Assembly: GCA_046754505.1 (NCBI GenBank)
Contig: JBHHVX010000068.1
Span: forward strand, 1 to 19,645
Reading direction: 5' to 3'
Source of the DNA: Phycisphaerae bacterium
Lineage (GTDB): Bacteria; Planctomycetota; Phycisphaerae; UBA1845; UTPLA1
DNA: 19,645 nucleotides
Shown here one piece after another: positions 15,917 through 19,645 of this stretch; the first letter of the stretch is position 1, and each line of letters starts with the position of its first letter. Under the pieces are notes generated by a model. It made no database searches, was not told where the DNA came from, and worked only from the letters and a program-made list of their open reading frames with translations. A program made the position numbers and the translations under genes.

Positions 15917-16390
15917 ATGAGCAAGTTTGAACGAAGAATCGGAACTACGGCGATGTTTGTTGCGGGGCTGGCCTCCCTGGGATTCGCCGCTCGGGCGACG
16001 GCCCAATCGAATGTCGATTCGACCAACAAGTTCGCCTGGGGCGAAAACATCGGCTGGGCGAACTGGCTTGACGCCGGCGCGGGTGCGGACGGCGTCCTGG
16101 TCGGACCGACGTTCATGTCCGGCTTCATCTGGGGCGAAAACGTCGGCTGGATCAACCTGGACGACGCCACGCGCTTCGTCTCGGTGGACGCAGCGACGAC
16201 GCCGACCGTCTGCGATATGAACCATGACGGTCTGGTCGACGGTCTGGACATTCAGCTCTTCACGGATTTCCTCCTGCTGAGCAGCCCGCCGGACTGGCGA
16301 GACGTGTGCTCGGGCGATGTCGAGACAACGCCGGACGGGACGATCGACCTGGCCGACGTCGCCAACTTCGTGGCCTGCCTGCTGATCTGA
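15917..16390 (+). CDS. Small secreted protein (157 aa) with two tandem WGENxGWxNxxD repeats and a C-terminal pair of dockerin-like / EF-hand-like Ca-binding repeats
   Basis: GGAGGA 5 nt before the ATG at 15917. Signal peptide MSKFERRIGTTAMFVAGLASLGFAARATA|QS. Repeats AWGENIGWANWLD and IWGENVGWINLDD. DMNHDGLVDGLDIQLF fits the D1-N3-D5-D9-D12 Ca-binding pattern; the second repeat, DVETTPDGTIDLADVANFV, is degenerate. Confidence 0.7.
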   Translation: MSKFERRIGTTAMFVAGLASLGFAARATAQSNVDSTNKFAWGENIGWANWLDAGAGADGVLVGPTFMSGFIWGENVGWINLDDATRFVSVDAATTPTVCDMNHDGLVDGLDIQLFTDFLLLSSPPDWRDVCSGDVETTPDGTIDLADVANFVACLLI

Positions 16391-16420
16391 CGTGCCACGC
16401 TCCACGGCGGATCGAACACG

Positions 16421-16456
16421 GCGAGGACGGTCGAACCACCGACCGTCCTCGTCTTC
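16421..16456. terminator. Bidirectional terminator between convergent genes: perfect 12-bp stem CGAGGACGGTCG-aaccac-CGACCGTCCTCG, followed by TCTTCG
   Basis: Read directly. Sits between the 3' end of the dockerin-like gene (plus, 16390) and the 3' end of agmatinase (minus, 16536). Confidence 0.5.
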
Positions 16457-16535
16457 GATAGGGTGAGGGTGCCCCGCAGACCGCCATGCCGATGGAGTTC
16501 GTTCCCCAATCCGGTCCGCACAACGGACCCGACTG

Positions 16536-17408
16536 TCAGCAATTGGCTTCGATGTGGGCGATGAGCTTGTAGATCAGCTTGGCCGCCAGAAACTCGGTTT
16601 GGACGCTGCCGGGGAGCGGCATCACCTCGACGACGTCCGCGCCGACGATCGTCCGTTCCATCGCCGTGGCCTTCAACAGGTCGGTCACCTGATACCAGTC
16701 CAGCCCGCCCGGCTCGGGGGTTCCGGTTCCGGGCGCATGGGCCGGGTCGAATCCGTCGATATCGATCGTCACGTAGACGTTTGGCGTGAGTGACTCGACG
16801 GCCTGCATGATCCAGTCGGGGTTCTCGCGTGTTTCGCGGGCGGTGATCGGGCGAAAACCGCTCCGCTTCATGAATCGGTGTTCGGCGAGGCTGTAGTTGC
16901 GAATCCCCACCGGCACGATCGGCACGCCGAGGTCGAGCACGCGCCGCATGACACACGCATGACTGAAGCGCGAGCCTTCGTAGCGGTCGCGGAGGTCGGC
17001 GTGGGCGTCGATCTGGAGGACGCTGAGCCGCTTGTGTTTCGATCGCACGGCGCGAACCAGCCCGCTCGTGATCGAATGCTCTCCGCCGAGGCCGATCAGA
17101 AACTTCCCGTCGCGCACGACCCGCCGCGCCGCCCGGTAGACGCGGTCGTGCATCTGGCTCGGCCCGGCGGCGTCGATTGCGAGCGGGTCGAGGGTGGCGA
17201 TGCCGCAGGGATAAAACTCCCGGCCGTATTCGTCGTCGAAGTCCTCGACCTGCCGGCTGGCGGTGATGACGGCCCGCGGCCCGTGTCGGGTCCCCGATTG
17301 AAAGGTGACGGTGGCGTCGTAAGGGATGGGAAGGATCGCGTAGCGCGCGGTGCGGTAGTCGGCAGCGGGCGAATCCAGAGCGAGGAAGTTGTCGGGTGTG
17401 GTGGCCAT
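16536..17408 (-). CDS. speB: Agmatinase / arginase-family ureohydrolase
   Basis: GGEHSIT, QIDAHADL, TIDIDGFDPAHAPGTGTPEPGGL (the Mn-binding signature motifs of the arginase family). Start trimmed to the ATG at 17406-17408 (MATTPDNF...). The ORF-track start at 17516 is a GTG and would add 36 aa. Confidence 0.85.
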   Translation of the reverse strand: MATTPDNFLALDSPAADYRTARYAILPIPYDATVTFQSGTRHGPRAVITASRQVEDFDDEYGREFYPCGIATLDPLAIDAAGPSQMHDRVYRAARRVVRDGKFLIGLGGEHSITSGLVRAVRSKHKRLSVLQIDAHADLRDRYEGSRFSHACVMRRVLDLGVPIVPVGIRNYSLAEHRFMKRSGFRPITARETRENPDWIMQAVESLTPNVYVTIDIDGFDPAHAPGTGTPEPGGLDWYQVTDLLKATAMERTIVGADVVEVMPLPGSVQTEFLAAKLIYKLIAHIEANC

Positions 17409-17535
17409 GAGTCGGCAATCGGTCGGTCGGGAGTTCCGATAATTCGGGACGCTATTCGTGGTCGGCTCGTGCGCCGCGTGCGTGGGTCGCCGCGCGGGGG
17501 TATCATCCCGGCACACCGCCGATTCGGCAACCGCC

Positions 17536-17571
17536 GAGAAAAACGGCCGCGCGGTTGGTTGACGCGCGGCC
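17536..17571 (-). terminator. Canonical-looking intrinsic terminator on the minus strand: 10-bp GC stem (CGGCCGCGCG-9 nt loop-CGCGCGGCCG) followed on the minus strand by TTTTTCT
   Basis: Stem 17543-17552 / 17562-17571. Plus-strand AAAAA at 17538-17542 corresponds to a minus-strand U-tract immediately 3' of the stem. Lies ~130 nt upstream of speB and ~80 nt upstream of fdxA. Confidence 0.5.
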
Positions 17572-17653
17572 GGTCCGACGGTCAGATATCCGCCGTGGAA
17601 GCCCGCGAGGAGACGGGTGATTCCGCGAGGTCTCCAGCAGAGGAACCGAACCC

Positions 17654-18007
17654 ATGACCCACATTGTCACTGAGCGTTGCGTGAAATGTCGCTACACCGA
17701 CTGCGCCACCGTCTGCCCCGTTGAGTGTTTCTGGGAGATCGAGGATCCAGCGATGCTGGTCATCGACCCGGACACCTGCATCGACTGCGGGCTGTGCATC
17801 CCGGAATGTCCGGTTCACGCGATCTATACGGAAGACGAGCTTCCCGAACCCTACGAGGAGTGGACGGCCAAGAACGCCGAACTCTACTCGGGGGGCACGA
17901 ACATCACCGAGAAGAAGGATCCCCTCGAGGGTGCCCTGACGCTCGAGGAAATTCAGCAGCGGGAAAAGGGGAAGGGCTGGGACATCAGCGAACCCGGGGG
18001 GACCTGA
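17654..18007 (+). CDS. fdxA: 7Fe ferredoxin ([3Fe-4S][4Fe-4S], Azotobacter FdI type)
   Basis: MTHIVTERCVKCRYTDCATVCPVECF...CIDCGLCIPECP, which is the exact FdI cysteine spacing, and C-terminal NITEKKDPL. Confidence 0.9.
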   Translation: MTHIVTERCVKCRYTDCATVCPVECFWEIEDPAMLVIDPDTCIDCGLCIPECPVHAIYTEDELPEPYEEWTAKNAELYSGGTNITEKKDPLEGALTLEEIQQREKGKGWDISEPGGT

Positions 18008-18053
18008 TCGCGCGTTTCGTGTCGATTCTGAATGGCGGTCGGCGCGGCGGTGC

Positions 18054-19645
18054 TCAGTTTTTTGCCCCCGTCGAGGCATCCGAAACGCCCGCGTCCGGTG
18101 CGTCCTTGCCGAGGATGTAGCGGTCGAACCAGGCGGCGTCCCATTCCATCTTGGCCTTCCGGTTGGTATATTTCGCCAGCCCGTGTCCCTCTCCGGGATA
18201 GACGACCAGTTGCGCCGGTACGCCCAGGTATTGGTTCATCGCCCGGAACATGGCGCGCTGGTGCGCGGGGGGGCAGCGTGCGTCGGCACCGCCGACGTGA
18301 AACAGGGTCGGCGTCTTCACGTGATCGACGGCGAAGAGGGGTGACGCGGCCCGCATCTCCGACGCCCGCGTCCATGGAAAGCCCTGCTGGAAATTGATGA
18401 CGTGTCCGGGCGTATCCTCAATGCTCCACTGCATGGCAACATCCGAGATGCCCGCGCCGCTGCTGGCCGCCTTGAACCGATCGGTCCGGGTGATCACGCA
18501 ATTGGTCAAATAACCCCCGTTGCTCCACCCCATCACGCCCATCTGCGTCGGATCGGCCATGCCCTTCTCGATCAGGGCATCGACGCCCGACAGGATGTCG
18601 GCCACGTCGCGGTCGTTCTTGTGACCGATGAGGTCAGTCATAAAGGTATCGCCATAGCCGGTCGAGCCGCGATAGTTGGGGCTGAGGACGGCGAACCCCC
18701 GGGAGGCATAGCACACACGGCCATAGATCCAAAACCGCATGCGTAAGAGACTGGCGGCCGTCGGGCCTCCATGGATGACGACGATGAGCGGCAGGCGCTC
18801 GTGGCCGTCATAATCGGGCGGGAGCTCGAGGATACCCTCGACGGTCACCCCGTCGGCGGACTTCCACGCGAAGGTCTGAATCTTCGGCAGCTTCCAGGTT
18901 TCCACCTGCGGGTTGACCAGCGTCAGGCGTTCATTTCGGCCGGGGTCGCCCCCGAAGGTCCAGAGGAATACGTCGGGACCGTGCGTGACATCGCTCATGG
19001 CCGCCGCCAGCATCCGCCCACCCCGCCCGAAGCTGAAGGCCTCGCAAACGATGTCGCCCTCGGTCAGTGAACGCGACGGCCCCTGCTTGCCGTTTCGAAT
19101 GTTCGCGGTGCAATAGACGCGAGCGCGAGCGCGCTGTTCGGCGATGAAGCAGAGGTCGTCGGACTTGCCGCGCCACTGCATGTGTTTCGGCGAGAGCGAG
19201 ACGCCGTCAGGCCGGGTCAGCCGCTGCATCACCACCGCGCCGTGCTTGAAGCGGGCGACGAATATCTCACTGGGATAGCCGTCCCAGTCGACTCGGAAGG
19301 CAAGTTTCCGTCCGGCGTGATCCCAGCAGGGCGACTCGATCCATCCATAGGGTGAGGGGGCGTCGCCGCGCCACATCGGGTCCGGTAGCGACGCGATCTT
19401 TCCCGTATCGGCCTCCCAGACGTCGACCCGCGACCAGCCCTCGAAGGTGATCCGCTTGTCGGTCGGCGTAGTGATCATGGCGATCCGCTGTTGATCGGGA
19501 GCCACCACGAAGTCACGGATGGCGCGGGGCTCGTCGATCAGCTTGTTGCGATGCCAGGTCTGAAGGTCGAGCCGCCATATCTGGCCGAAACGCTCGACGC
19601 CGCGGCCGTATTCGAGCGTGTCGTATTCTTCGTGGAGCGAACGCC
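18054..19645 (-). CDS. S9-family serine peptidase (prolyl oligopeptidase / acylaminoacyl-peptidase-like: beta-propeller plus alpha/beta-hydrolase). 5'-partial: the frame is open to the window edge
   Basis: Nucleophile elbow GWSNGG, catalytic His in YPGEGHGL, oxyanion-region HGGP. The ORF-track start at 19508 is only a GTG, and the frame translated by hand stays open (…RDFVVAPDQQ…) to position 19645. Confidence 0.85.
   Translation of the reverse strand, partial: RSLHEEYDTLEYGRGVERFGQIWRLDLQTWHRNKLIDEPRAIRDFVVAPDQQRIAMITTPTDKRITFEGWSRVDVWEADTGKIASLPDPMWRGDAPSPYGWIESPCWDHAGRKLAFRVDWDGYPSEIFVARFKHGAVVMQRLTRPDGVSLSPKHMQWRGKSDDLCFIAEQRARARVYCTANIRNGKQGPSRSLTEGDIVCEAFSFGRGGRMLAAAMSDVTHGPDVFLWTFGGDPGRNERLTLVNPQVETWKLPKIQTFAWKSADGVTVEGILELPPDYDGHERLPLIVVIHGGPTAASLLRMRFWIYGRVCYASRGFAVLSPNYRGSTGYGDTFMTDLIGHKNDRDVADILSGVDALIEKGMADPTQMGVMGWSNGGYLTNCVITRTDRFKAASSGAGISDVAMQWSIEDTPGHVINFQQGFPWTRASEMRAASPLFAVDHVKTPTLFHVGGADARCPPAHQRAMFRAMNQYLGVPAQLVVYPGEGHGLAKYTNRKAKMEWDAAWFDRYILGKDAPDAGVSDASTGAKN

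Noticed and set aside
16252-17418. 388-aa minus-strand ORF overlapping agmatinase in another frame
   Set aside because: The translation is Arg/Pro/His-rich nonsense, and agmatinase motifs are found only in the 16536..17408 frame.
18041-18066. T6 tract (18058-18063) after fdxA as an intrinsic terminator
   Set aside because: The T-run is the reverse complement of the Lys-Asn codons at the C-terminus of the S9 peptidase, and there is no convincing preceding stem. It is coding sequence, not a terminator.
1-19645. tRNA/rRNA genes, CRISPR arrays, IS elements/transposases, integrases, toxin-antitoxin or restriction/defence genes
   Set aside because: I scanned for T-loop GGTTCGA(A/G)TCC-like motifs, direct-repeat arrays, terminal inverted repeats and DDE/tyrosine-recombinase-like ORFs and found none. 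The gene content is housekeeping and envelope, with no obvious island boundary.

Overview
High-GC (~68-70%) bacterial chromosomal window. It looks like a diderm, Planctomycetota-like organism, judging by a TolC-family outer-membrane protein, a BatA-type N-terminal double-TM/vWA protein, a dockerin-like secreted protein and a Rho with an N-terminal extension. It reads as ordinary chromosomal/housekeeping context rather than a mobile or defence island. Order of genes: an nfeD–flotillin operon (minus strand, ATGA-coupled); a class-III aminotransferase (minus); a divergent BatA/vWA membrane protein; a TolC-family OMP followed by a 635-aa polytopic membrane protein of unknown function (plus strand, no periplasmic adaptor between them); dtd; coaE; rho; an orphan thiS/moaD-type GG-terminal sulfur carrier (minus); a small membrane protein; a secreted right-handed beta-helix (NosD-like) protein split by a single in-frame TAA; a small secreted protein with tandem WGENxGWxN repeats and dockerin-like Ca-binding repeats; agmatinase (minus); a 7Fe ferredoxin; and an S9 serine peptidase running off the 3' edge of the window. 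Several perfect GC-rich inverted repeats sit at gene ends, mostly without U-tracts, and two sigma70-like promoters are legible. No tRNA/rRNA, CRISPR, transposase or integrase was seen. The high GC produces many long spurious antisense ORFs, which were discarded. The items most worth follow-up are the interrupted beta-helix gene with its dockerin-like partner, the TolC-plus-unknown-membrane-protein pair, and the orphan thiS-like gene with a repeat/hairpin-structured upstream region.
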